A stretch of 64,000 bases of DNA from Pseudomonadota bacterium. Lineage in GTDB: Bacteria > Pseudomonadota > Alphaproteobacteria > GCA-2731375. Made by a program: the position numbers and the translations under genes. The stretch covers positions 5,810 to 69,809 of the forward strand of contig JAQBYC010000004.1 in NCBI GenBank assembly GCA_027623205.1. The letters run 5' to 3'. The number at the start of each line of letters is the position of its first letter. Positions within the stretch are counted from its first letter, which is position 1. Positions 49,807 to 58,145 of the stretch are shown piece after piece. The notes under the pieces are model-generated. The model searched no databases. It was not told where the DNA came from and saw only the letters and a list, made by a program, of their open reading frames with translations.

Positions 49807-50558
49807 CAAGCATTCAGCCGGTTGATCCTGCAAAACCGACCGAACGCGGCGGCGGGGTAATTGTGCGGCCATTTTCACACTATGCCGGCCACTGGCGGGC
49901 CGAGCAAAAGTTGCGGGTACATTCCGGCGCGAAGCTGAAGATGCACGGCGATGCACCGCGCGATGACTGGCGCACGCCACGGGATGTTGAGTTATCGCGT
50001 TTGACAGGCGGTGATACCGATGGCGCCGATCTCTTGGTGGTCGAGGTTTTTACCTTCCCGAACCACCTTAGGAATGACTCTTGGGGTTTGAATTTGGATT
50101 CAGATCAGGTTTCCGCCGGTTCGGGCGTTTCGCAGGAATATCGGGCATTTGCGGCCCGCTTGCTGGAATACCTGGAATTCATCCGTGTGCCCGTCAACCG
50201 AACCTGCACAATTCGAGCAGAGATCTCGCGTCCAGGTGGTGGCCCGTCTTGGACTGCCGCCGGCCCGCCAGCAGGAGACAAAGTGGCGTCGGACGGTCGA
50301 CCGGTTGCGGAGTCAACCACCATAATGCTCAATTTTGGCTTCGAGCCGCGCGGCGTCGTGTGGGCCAATCAGGATCCGTCATGTCCGTGGGTGAGGCTTG
50401 CATTGGAACCGGGTGAAGCTTGCTTCGGCCCGTTTCGGCAAATGCAGCTGGTTCAGGATACCTTGGGGATGACGGAACCCGATTTCAACCTGATCGTCGA
50501 ACCATCCGAGTCCGAACAACACGCCAACAAAGACCTATGTGGTGTTTGTCATGACTGA
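49803..50558 (+). CDS. Hypothetical protein, operon partner of the radical SAM maturase.
   Basis: 251 aa. Its ATG overlaps the maturase stop (ATGA at 49803-49806). No motif I recognise. Confidence 0.55.
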   Translation: MTSIQPVDPAKPTERGGGVIVRPFSHYAGHWRAEQKLRVHSGAKLKMHGDAPRDDWRTPRDVELSRLTGGDTDGADLLVVEVFTFPNHLRNDSWGLNLDSDQVSAGSGVSQEYRAFAARLLEYLEFIRVPVNRTCTIRAEISRPGGGPSWTAAGPPAGDKVASDGRPVAESTTIMLNFGFEPRGVVWANQDPSCPWVRLALEPGEACFGPFRQMQLVQDTLGMTEPDFNLIVEPSESEQHANKDLCGVCHD

Positions 50559-53500
50559 CAATAATGAACCGACCCCGAATTCCGCGTCCGGCGCTGAAGG
50601 TCAGGCCAATGAAGCGCGAAGGTATTTTGGTGCTGTCCTATCCTGGAAAACCGCCAGCTTAGTGCTTTTCATCTTGATTATTGGCGTTGCTCTGGAAAGA
50701 ATATTTATAGTGTTCCCCAATATTTCAGTGCAACTCACCAATGAGCGCGATGGCGGCTTTATCCTGGTCGATAGTCCGGAGATATATTCCCGCGAACGTT
50801 TGTTGAACGATAGGCTTCGCCAACACGATTGGCTAATGGAGCTTCTGAAAAAAATGGACGATCTTAAGTTCGGAAGCCAGGCAACTATCGAACAAATGGA
50901 TAACAGCCAGTTCGGCGCTAATATTTCTGCCCGCGCAGGACCGTTGGTGGAAAATTCCGCGGGCGCCATCGCGCCCTTGACAACGGACACTAGATCTCCT
51001 GCGCAAGGAGTAGAGAATTCAGCGGCACCTGGCCGGCGCGAGGCCAACGGCGCAAGTTCGGGGAAGCCCACCGAAACAAATATCGAAAGATTTCGTAGCC
51101 GGCTGGCCTACCGGGAAGAAATACGGGCGGAGCTGTTGGAGACGCAACTCGATGACCGGCACGACATCAAAGGCAACACGCTTTACCGTCTGAAATTCGA
51201 CGTCACAGTCCTGCCGCAGGAAGGAAACGAAAACTGGGCATTTGTCGAGGTCAAGTTGAGTAATGACGACGAACCTGAGGACAATTTGGATGTCTATACC
51301 AGGTGGTTGAAAGACACGCAACAGCGACTAAATGACTATCTCTTTGAGCTGACGCAGGCGTTTTTCACCCGAACAGCGAAGCCGGAAGTGTTGCATGAGT
51401 TGGAAACTTTCATGCGTCAGAAAATTCCAGATGTTATTCTGGAGAGTGACTATTTCCAGAAAGAGCCATCTTCTTCACCGCCCGCTAAGCACCAAACGCA
51501 TTGCCGCGCCGAGACCATCAGCCGAAGATTGGATTGCTTGGACGGATTTTTTGAACGAGTTTTGAATGCGCCATATTCTGATCAGATATTTGGCAGGATC
51601 GAGGCCACGCTTGATGGCGGAACGGATCGAGAATTTGACTTCATGCGTGCGTTTATACTCGATTATATGCACACCGTTTATGGCAAATCGGACGACCCGT
51701 ATGTCGGGGGACATCAAAGCCCTGCTTACATTCGTTATGCGTCCTGGAGGACAGCGCTGAGCGAGGCGTCCCGCGCTATTCCTGCCGGCCATGATAATCT
51801 CAGCGCCCTGTTCGACGATCCGAATTCTGATTATAATGATCTGCTGAAGACACCCGATAGTTTGTCTCCCCATAAAATTCAGCAGTTATTGACCAATTTC
51901 AAGAAGGACAAGAATTTTTCTGCGATATATGATGCCTTCCAACTAACCGCTGACGCATTTGAATTGGAGCGGCACTTGATCCAGTCGGCAATTGCCGATT
52001 TCGTGGTCGAGAAATATCTTCACGTACACGCACTCAACCGATTTGCGCTACTTGTGAAGACCGGATGCGATGTTGGTTATTGCAACATCGCCATGAGCCC
52101 AAAATCAGGGTATTATACAAACGATTCAGGCCAATGTGCGGGGAAATACCGACCGCTAGGCGCCACCAATAGCAGCAGATGGGCGTGTCCCGATAGGGGC
52201 ATTGTCGCGGGTTTCTATCAAGCCTTGAAAAACGCGCCGGTTTATTCCTACGCCGTGAGCCCAAAGGAATCGATCCAACGGGTGGCGAATTTATCTTCCC
52301 ACGTTCAAGAATTGAACCTCGCGCTCAACACCGCCGCGAAGGTTTCGTCGTCTGCAAACATCGAAGGTCTAATTAGTCTTCTAAGGAGCGAACAAAAGCG
52401 CGTTCAATCAATCAAACGCCAGCCATTGATTGTTGGGTTCTCGGATCGTTATTTTGCCACGGGCAAATATTCTTACAACGGTTTGATAGAAAGGCCCCCC
52501 GCCGTGACTCATTTCGGTTGGTTGATCGGACCCAAGTTTGACATCGGCGAAAAGCCAACATTCCATCATGTCCCGATACAAAATGCGGTTGCCGCCGTGG
52601 TGTCTGTCCCGAGTTGGTGGAAGAGAGCGAAGATCGAGGTTGCTTCGTGCTTTGTCGCGCCAGCGCATACGACAATGCTTTTGACCAAATCCGATGCTGA
52701 GGGCTCTAAATCCATATGCGGACCAGAAAAAAAGGAAGCGGACACAAATTCAGGGACGGGGAAAAATACCACCGGCGACGCCAGCAAAGAAGCCAGACGA
52801 AACAAGCGGAATTTCGACTTCAAAATTCGTCTGCCGGGGCGGGCGGATGAAATCCCGCGCAAGATAGGCTACGCCGTGGGCCGCAGTCCGCGATTGACAT
52901 CACAAGGGTCACTCGGCGCGCTCTATGTGGGGCAAAAAGAGGCCAAGCTGTTGCTGTTCGGGATTGATCTTTGGCGCAGCACCGTTGTCACGGTCGGATC
53001 CCAGAAAGCTGACGGGATCGAGATTCTGCCGGACATGAAAGGTATCATTGCAAGGTTCGATGATGTGAAGGCGCCGCTGCGCTGGGGCATAGAGGGACGG
53101 GACGGTGCCCAACGTCGTGGAAATTTTTGCAAGGCGCATGCAGAACTTTTCGTATGGACGAGCGAGGGCAAAACCGAACCGCAAATAGTGACGATCTATC
53201 AGTCGAAAGAGGATTTCGAACGAGGCGGCTGCAAGAGAGATATTCAACCAGGAGAAACCGAACCTAGGAATATCCAGCCAGAAGCGCTAGCGCATTTGAG
53301 CGTTGGCACCAAAAATGCGGAGCTGCATATCGACGGTCGAAATTTGCAACAGGTCACCCATGTCACTTTGGGAAATCAGATCAGCAGCAAAACGACCCCG
53401 TTAGGTGGGGGCGGCATTATGGCAATGTTTGATGAAATCAAAAATCCGACGGATTGGCCAAACGGCCCGTCTTGGATGCGGGTTCCGGTCATGGTCTGGG

Positions 53501-53658
53501 GTCGTGACCGGAAATGGTCTCCTGGGTTCGCCTGTCTTTATCCGAAAGGGGTCAACCTTAAAGATGACACTGTGCCGCTGTGCCCATCCCACGGACCTCA
53601 ATCGGGCTTTAATAGCGGGCCGCCCGATAGTAACCGGCCCGCCTATCCAACCAAATGA
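50551..53658 (+). CDS. Large membrane-anchored hypothetical protein with a tandem C-terminal repeat.
   Basis: About 1035 aa. The ATG at 50551 overlaps the upstream TGA (50556-50558). One N-terminal TM helix (TASLVLFILIIGVAL). Two related segments of about 90 aa lie at nt 52909-53200 and 53287-53545. The ORF track start at 50539 is an alternative. Confidence 0.65.
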   Translation: MTDNNEPTPNSASGAEGQANEARRYFGAVLSWKTASLVLFILIIGVALERIFIVFPNISVQLTNERDGGFILVDSPEIYSRERLLNDRLRQHDWLMELLKKMDDLKFGSQATIEQMDNSQFGANISARAGPLVENSAGAIAPLTTDTRSPAQGVENSAAPGRREANGASSGKPTETNIERFRSRLAYREEIRAELLETQLDDRHDIKGNTLYRLKFDVTVLPQEGNENWAFVEVKLSNDDEPEDNLDVYTRWLKDTQQRLNDYLFELTQAFFTRTAKPEVLHELETFMRQKIPDVILESDYFQKEPSSSPPAKHQTHCRAETISRRLDCLDGFFERVLNAPYSDQIFGRIEATLDGGTDREFDFMRAFILDYMHTVYGKSDDPYVGGHQSPAYIRYASWRTALSEASRAIPAGHDNLSALFDDPNSDYNDLLKTPDSLSPHKIQQLLTNFKKDKNFSAIYDAFQLTADAFELERHLIQSAIADFVVEKYLHVHALNRFALLVKTGCDVGYCNIAMSPKSGYYTNDSGQCAGKYRPLGATNSSRWACPDRGIVAGFYQALKNAPVYSYAVSPKESIQRVANLSSHVQELNLALNTAAKVSSSANIEGLISLLRSEQKRVQSIKRQPLIVGFSDRYFATGKYSYNGLIERPPAVTHFGWLIGPKFDIGEKPTFHHVPIQNAVAAVVSVPSWWKRAKIEVASCFVAPAHTTMLLTKSDAEGSKSICGPEKKEADTNSGTGKNTTGDASKEARRNKRNFDFKIRLPGRADEIPRKIGYAVGRSPRLTSQGSLGALYVGQKEAKLLLFGIDLWRSTVVTVGSQKADGIEILPDMKGIIARFDDVKAPLRWGIEGRDGAQRRGNFCKAHAELFVWTSEGKTEPQIVTIYQSKEDFERGGCKRDIQPGETEPRNIQPEALAHLSVGTKNAELHIDGRNLQQVTHVTLGNQISSKTTPLGGGGIMAMFDEIKNPTDWPNGPSWMRVPVMVWGRDRKWSPGFACLYPKGVNLKDDTVPLCPSHGPQSGFNSGPPDSNRPAYPTK

Positions 53659-53796
53659 GTATCTGCGTTTCAGGGGCTGCGGCACGAAGTCATTGATCGG
53701 CCAGACCTTTTCATAGCCTCCACTGGGCGCAGAAATCAGGGGTTGGCGCAGGCAACTAATTCCAGGATGAGTGGCGCTTGAACGCAATTTCATTGA

Positions 53797-54708
53797 TCAA
53801 CCAAACAGCAGCAGGACCACGATGCTGCCCGCGACCAGGGCCATGCCGGACAGTTCCTTGGGCGTTGAACGTTCCTTGAAGAACAGCACCGACAGGCACA
53901 GGGTGAACAGCAGCTCCACCTGACCCAGCGCTTTGACATAGGCGGCGCGCTCGATGGTCATGGCCGTGAACCAGCCGGCGGAACCGATCACCGAGGTGAT
54001 GCCGACGAACAGGCAGCCGCGCCAGTTGGGCGCCATGACGGTGAATTGATCGCGGGCGCGCAGCAGCATATAGGCCGACATCACCGCCGTTTGGATCAAC
54101 AGCACCATGGCGAGCGTCAGGGCGGCGGCATAAAGCCAGTCATCCAGGCCCAGGGACAGGCTGGCCTGGCGCAGGAACAGCGAGGCCCCGGCAAAGCCCA
54201 GGCCCGCGGCCAGGCCAACGCCGGCGGCGGGCTGAAACAACCGCCGCAACAGGGTATCGCCGGCGATGCCGGTGCGGGCGAGATTGATCACCACCACGCC
54301 GACGGCGCCCAGGGCGATGGCGACCCAGCCGGCGCCGGCGATGGCCTCGTGAAAGACCGTCGCCCCCAACAACGCCGTCAACAGGGCTTCGGTGCGGGCA
54401 TAAGTGGAGCCGACGGCAAAGTTGCGCAGGGAAAAGAGGAATACCAGCAGGACAGTGGCGGCGATCTGGGAAAGGCCGCACAGGGCCGCAAAGACAAAAA
54501 ACGTCCAATCCGGCGACGGCAGCTGGTGGCCGCCCAGCTGCTTCAAGAACAACAGATAGACCAGCGCAAACGGCAGCCCCCACAGAAACCGCACATAGGA
54601 TGCGCCGACCGCGGAGAAATCCCTGGTCAAGTATTTCTGGCCCGCCGTCCGCGCCGCCTGCATGAAGGCCGCCAGAAAGGTGATCGGTATCCAGAGCCAG
54701 ACTTCCAT
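53797..54708 (-). CDS. DMT-superfamily (EamA-like) transporter.
   Basis: About 303 aa with 10 hydrophobic segments in two EamA-like halves. ATG at 54706-54708; the longer ORF track start would overlap the upstream gene. Confidence 0.75.
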   Translation of the reverse strand: MEVWLWIPITFLAAFMQAARTAGQKYLTRDFSAVGASYVRFLWGLPFALVYLLFLKQLGGHQLPSPDWTFFVFAALCGLSQIAATVLLVFLFSLRNFAVGSTYARTEALLTALLGATVFHEAIAGAGWVAIALGAVGVVVINLARTGIAGDTLLRRLFQPAAGVGLAAGLGFAGASLFLRQASLSLGLDDWLYAAALTLAMVLLIQTAVMSAYMLLRARDQFTVMAPNWRGCLFVGITSVIGSAGWFTAMTIERAAYVKALGQVELLFTLCLSVLFFKERSTPKELSGMALVAGSIVVLLLFG

Positions 54709-54734
54709 GAATTTGGCCGGTGCCTTTTTTTGCG

Positions 54735-55775
54735 TTAGGCCAAGGTCCGATACCAGGTATCGGACAGAGTATAGCCCTGCGGGAACGGGTCGTCGGGGTC
54801 CAGGGTATATTGATGGCTGCCGGTGATCCAGGCGCGGCCTTGCACGCTGGGTGATATGGCCGGCAAGCCGCCAACCTCGCACACGGAGTCGATCCGGCAC
54901 TGGAATTCCGTGCTCAGCACTGATTGACTGACCAGAATATCATCCAGTCCGATCTGTCCACGGCGATGCAGCACCGCCAGCCGGGCCGAGCTGCCCGTAC
55001 CGCAGGGGGAGCGGTCCAACTTGCCCGGCGAGATCACCACCGTATTGCGCCCGATTGTGCGGCCGGCGGCATCCCTGGTCAGAGGTGCGGCAAACTGCGT
55101 AAAGGTCACGGTATGAATGCCGGGATTTTCCGGGTGGCTGACCGGGTGTTGCGCCACCACCGCTGATTTTATGCGTTCGCCCATCTCCACCAGATCCCGC
55201 GCCTCGTCCGGCACCAGGGCAAAGCCCAGGCCCGGTGCATCGAAAATGGCAAAGAAGGCGCCGCCATAGGCGATGTCACAGGTCAGACTACCCAGGCCCG
55301 CAACCTCGACAATCGCCTCCAACTTGGCCACGAAACAGGGAACATTGCGGATACGCACATTCCGGCAACGGCCGTCGCGGCAATCCGCCACCACCTGGAT
55401 CAAGCCGCCGGGGGTATCCAGCGCCAGCACGGTCTCGGGCCCGCGCATGGCCACCATGCCGGTTTCCAGCAATACCGTGGCCACGCAGATGGCATTGGAA
55501 CCGGACATGGCCGGATAATCCGTTGGCTCCATGATGATGAAACCCGCATCCGCACCCGGCGTTTTGGGCGGCACCACCAGATTGGTGTGGACAAAAGCCC
55601 CACCCCGCGGTTCGTACAACAGAAACTTGCGCAGACCGTCAGCCTGGGTGCGCAAATATTCCCGTTGTGCGAACAGGCTGTCCCCAGGCGGCGGCAACAC
55701 GCCGCCGGTAATCACCCGGCCCACCTCGCCCTCGGCATGGCAGCCGATCACCGTGATGGTGCGGGCCGATTGCAC
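54735..55775 (-). CDS. Proline racemase superfamily enzyme (hydroxyproline epimerase/dehydratase-like) with a Ser/Cys catalytic pair.
   Basis: VIGCHAEGEVGRVITGG...YEPRGG...MSGSNAI...DRSPCGTGSSA. The GTG start at 55773-55775 is 3 nt from the pheA stop (the ORF has no internal ATG before the conserved N-terminus). Confidence 0.8.
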   Translation of the reverse strand: MQSARTITVIGCHAEGEVGRVITGGVLPPPGDSLFAQREYLRTQADGLRKFLLYEPRGGAFVHTNLVVPPKTPGADAGFIIMEPTDYPAMSGSNAICVATVLLETGMVAMRGPETVLALDTPGGLIQVVADCRDGRCRNVRIRNVPCFVAKLEAIVEVAGLGSLTCDIAYGGAFFAIFDAPGLGFALVPDEARDLVEMGERIKSAVVAQHPVSHPENPGIHTVTFTQFAAPLTRDAAGRTIGRNTVVISPGKLDRSPCGTGSSARLAVLHRRGQIGLDDILVSQSVLSTEFQCRIDSVCEVGGLPAISPSVQGRAWITGSHQYTLDPDDPFPQGYTLSDTWYRTLA

Positions 55776-55777
55776 CC

Positions 55778-56695
55778 CTAGGCCTTCACATGCGGTGCTT
55801 CGTAGTCGGCCCGTTTGGACTGGCGGAAGGGATGACGCGGATAGGTGCCCAGAATTTGCAGCCGGGTGCAAAAGAACTGCGCCTCTTCCAGCGCCCATGC
55901 CACCCGCTGATCCTCCGGATGCCCCTCAAAATCAGCATAAAACTGCGCCTGTTCGAAGCTGCCCGGTTCGATATAGCTTTCCAGTTTGGTAATATTGATG
56001 CCCGTGGTGGCGAAACCGCCCAGGGATTTGTACAGCGACGCCGGTACGCTGCGGACCTGAAAAACGATGGTCGTCATGGCATCGCCATCCTTGGGATGAG
56101 GGGTAATTCGCTCCCGCGCCAGAATGATGAAACGGGTGACGTTGTTGCCCATGTCCTGGACGTTCTCGCGCAGAATTTGCAGATCATAAATTTCCGCGGC
56201 CAGGGAAGAGCCAAGGGCCGCCAAGGAATTGTCGCCCTTCTCCGCCACCATCTGGCAGGCGCCGGCGGTATCGGCATGCACCACCGGCTCGATCCCCAGT
56301 TCACGGATCAGATTACGGCATTGGGGCAGGGCATGGATATGGCTGTGGACCTCGCGGATATCTTCCAGTTTGGCGCCCCGAGGGGCCATCAACTGGTGGT
56401 TCACGGCCTGGAAATGCTCGCCCACGATATACTGATCCGAGGTCGGTATCAGATGATGAATATCGGCTACCCGCCCGGCCAGGGAGTTCTCGATTGGGAT
56501 CATGGCGCGCCCCGCCTTGCCTTCATTCACAGCGGCAAAGGCATCTTCGAAGGTGCGGCATGGCAGGGGCGTGTAATCGGGCAGGCCTTCCAGACAGGCG
56601 AGGTGGGAATAGGCGCCGAACTGGCCCTGAAAGGCCACGTTCCTGCGTGGATCCTCCCCCTCGCTCGTGCCGTTCGAAACTGTCTTATCGGCCAT
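55778..56695 (-). CDS. pheA: Prephenate dehydratase with a C-terminal ACT domain.
   Basis: VAFQGQFGAYSHLA...IPIENSLAGRV...TRF(I)IL..., followed by the ACT region IVFQVRSVPASLYKSLGGFA and ESYI. Confidence 0.9.
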   Translation of the reverse strand: MADKTVSNGTSEGEDPRRNVAFQGQFGAYSHLACLEGLPDYTPLPCRTFEDAFAAVNEGKAGRAMIPIENSLAGRVADIHHLIPTSDQYIVGEHFQAVNHQLMAPRGAKLEDIREVHSHIHALPQCRNLIRELGIEPVVHADTAGACQMVAEKGDNSLAALGSSLAAEIYDLQILRENVQDMGNNVTRFIILARERITPHPKDGDAMTTIVFQVRSVPASLYKSLGGFATTGINITKLESYIEPGSFEQAQFYADFEGHPEDQRVAWALEEAQFFCTRLQILGTYPRHPFRQSKRADYEAPHVKA

Positions 56696-56737
56696 GGCGG
56701 CTCGCCCTAATTAATTGAATAACCTTGTAATTCCGGA

Positions 56738-57475
56738 TCATCGCGCCAGAGCGCGGCGCGCCCGGTCCAGATCGGCAGGAGTATCGACACCGAAGGGAAC
56801 CCTGTCAACGAGGCCCACCTGGATCCACATGCCGGCCTCAAGGGCGCGCAACTGCTCCAATCTCTCACGCTGTTCCAAATGGCCGCGCGGCAAGGCGATA
56901 AAGCGCGCCAGGGCGGCCCGGCGATAGCCGTAGATGCCAATATGATGGTACAGCGGCCCCGGACCCGACGGCGCGGCCACCCGGGTAAAATAAAGTCCCC
57001 GGCCCTGGCGGCCGCCTGGCGGCAACGATATCACGGCCTTTACCACGCTGGGTGCTTCGCGTTCGTAATCCTCGACAATTTCCGCCGCCAGGGTGGAAAT
57101 ATCGACCTCCCTCTCGGCCAAAAGGGCCAGGGTCAGACGGATCTGCTCCGGTTCCATGGTGGGCAGATCGCCTTGCAGGTTGACGACAACGTCATGACGC
57201 CCGTCCGGATCGACGCGTTGTACCGCCTCCCACACACGGTCCGAGCCCGATGGATGTGCCGGATCTGTCAGCACCGCCCGGCCACCGGCAGCCTCGATCA
57301 CCTCGACGATTTCCGGCTCGGCGCAGGCCACCAGAACCGGGCCGATATCAGCCTCCATCGCCCGGCGCCAGACATGCACGATCATCGCTTGGCCATGGAT
57401 ATCCGCCAACGGTTTGTCCGGCAGCCGGACCGACGCCAGACGCGCCGGAATAACCACAAGTGCCCGCTGTTTCAT
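56738..57475 (-). CDS. kdsB: 3-deoxy-manno-octulosonate cytidylyltransferase (CMP-KDO synthetase).
   Basis: VVIPARLASVRLPDKPLADIHGQAMIVHV...NLQGDLP...HIGIYGYRR. ATG at 57473-57475. Confidence 0.9.
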   Translation of the reverse strand: MKQRALVVIPARLASVRLPDKPLADIHGQAMIVHVWRRAMEADIGPVLVACAEPEIVEVIEAAGGRAVLTDPAHPSGSDRVWEAVQRVDPDGRHDVVVNLQGDLPTMEPEQIRLTLALLAEREVDISTLAAEIVEDYEREAPSVVKAVISLPPGGRQGRGLYFTRVAAPSGPGPLYHHIGIYGYRRAALARFIALPRGHLEQRERLEQLRALEAGMWIQVGLVDRVPFGVDTPADLDRARRALAR

Positions 57476-57583
57476 GCCGCCCCTTCGTGCTCTGGCCAAT
57501 CCTTTATGGCAATGTTATACGGTGGGCCGTCCACCTGGGAAAGTCGTTCCATTATCGCAAAAGGCTCAATTGGGGTTGCCGCC

Positions 57584-58138
57584 ATGAATATGTACGAATT
57601 CAACAAGATGCTGGGAGCTGTTCTGGGCTCCGCGTTATTGGTCATGGTTGTCAATGAAATCGGCAATGCTCTGGTGCACCCGATCACCCCGGCCAAGGCC
57701 GCTATCGCCATCGGCGACGGCGAGGCGGACGCCAAGGCGGAAAAGAGCGCGGATACCGTCAAGGAAAATGCCGGTCAGGCGGATCTGGCAACGCTGCTGG
57801 CGGCGGCGGACGTCGCCAAGGGCGCCAAGGCCGCCAAGAAGTGCACGGCCTGTCACAGCTTTGATAAAGACGGCAAGCATAAAGTGGGCCCGGTCCTGTA
57901 CGGCGTGGTGGGCCGGGGCAAGGGCACCGGAACAAACTTTAAATTTTCCGCCGCCATAGTGGATAAGGGCGGCGATTGGAGCTATGGCGATCTGGATGCC
58001 TTCCTGGCCGATCCCAAAGGCTACATGCCAGGCACCAAGATGGCCTTCAAGGGTATCGCCAAGGCGACGGACCGGGCCGATCTGATCGCCTATATGCGGC
58101 AAAATAGCGATTCGCCCCCGGCTTTGCCAGCCCAATAA
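57584..58138 (+). CDS. cycM: Membrane-anchored class I cytochrome c.
   Basis: N-terminal TM helix (LGAVLGSALLVMVV), CTACH heme-binding site, GPVLYGVVGR and the distal PGTKMAF Met ligand. The upstream 235 codons of the ORF track (from 56879) are antisense to kdsB and were rejected. Confidence 0.8.
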   Translation: MNMYEFNKMLGAVLGSALLVMVVNEIGNALVHPITPAKAAIAIGDGEADAKAEKSADTVKENAGQADLATLLAAADVAKGAKAAKKCTACHSFDKDGKHKVGPVLYGVVGRGKGTGTNFKFSAAIVDKGGDWSYGDLDAFLADPKGYMPGTKMAFKGIAKATDRADLIAYMRQNSDSPPALPAQ

Positions 58139-58145
58139 GCCTCGC

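Noticed and set aside
56879-57583. The N-terminal 235 codons of the long ORF that ends as the cytochrome c gene.
   Set aside because: This part is antisense to kdsB and has junk-like composition. A proper ATG at 57584 gives a TM anchor plus a CxxCH cytochrome c domain of normal size.
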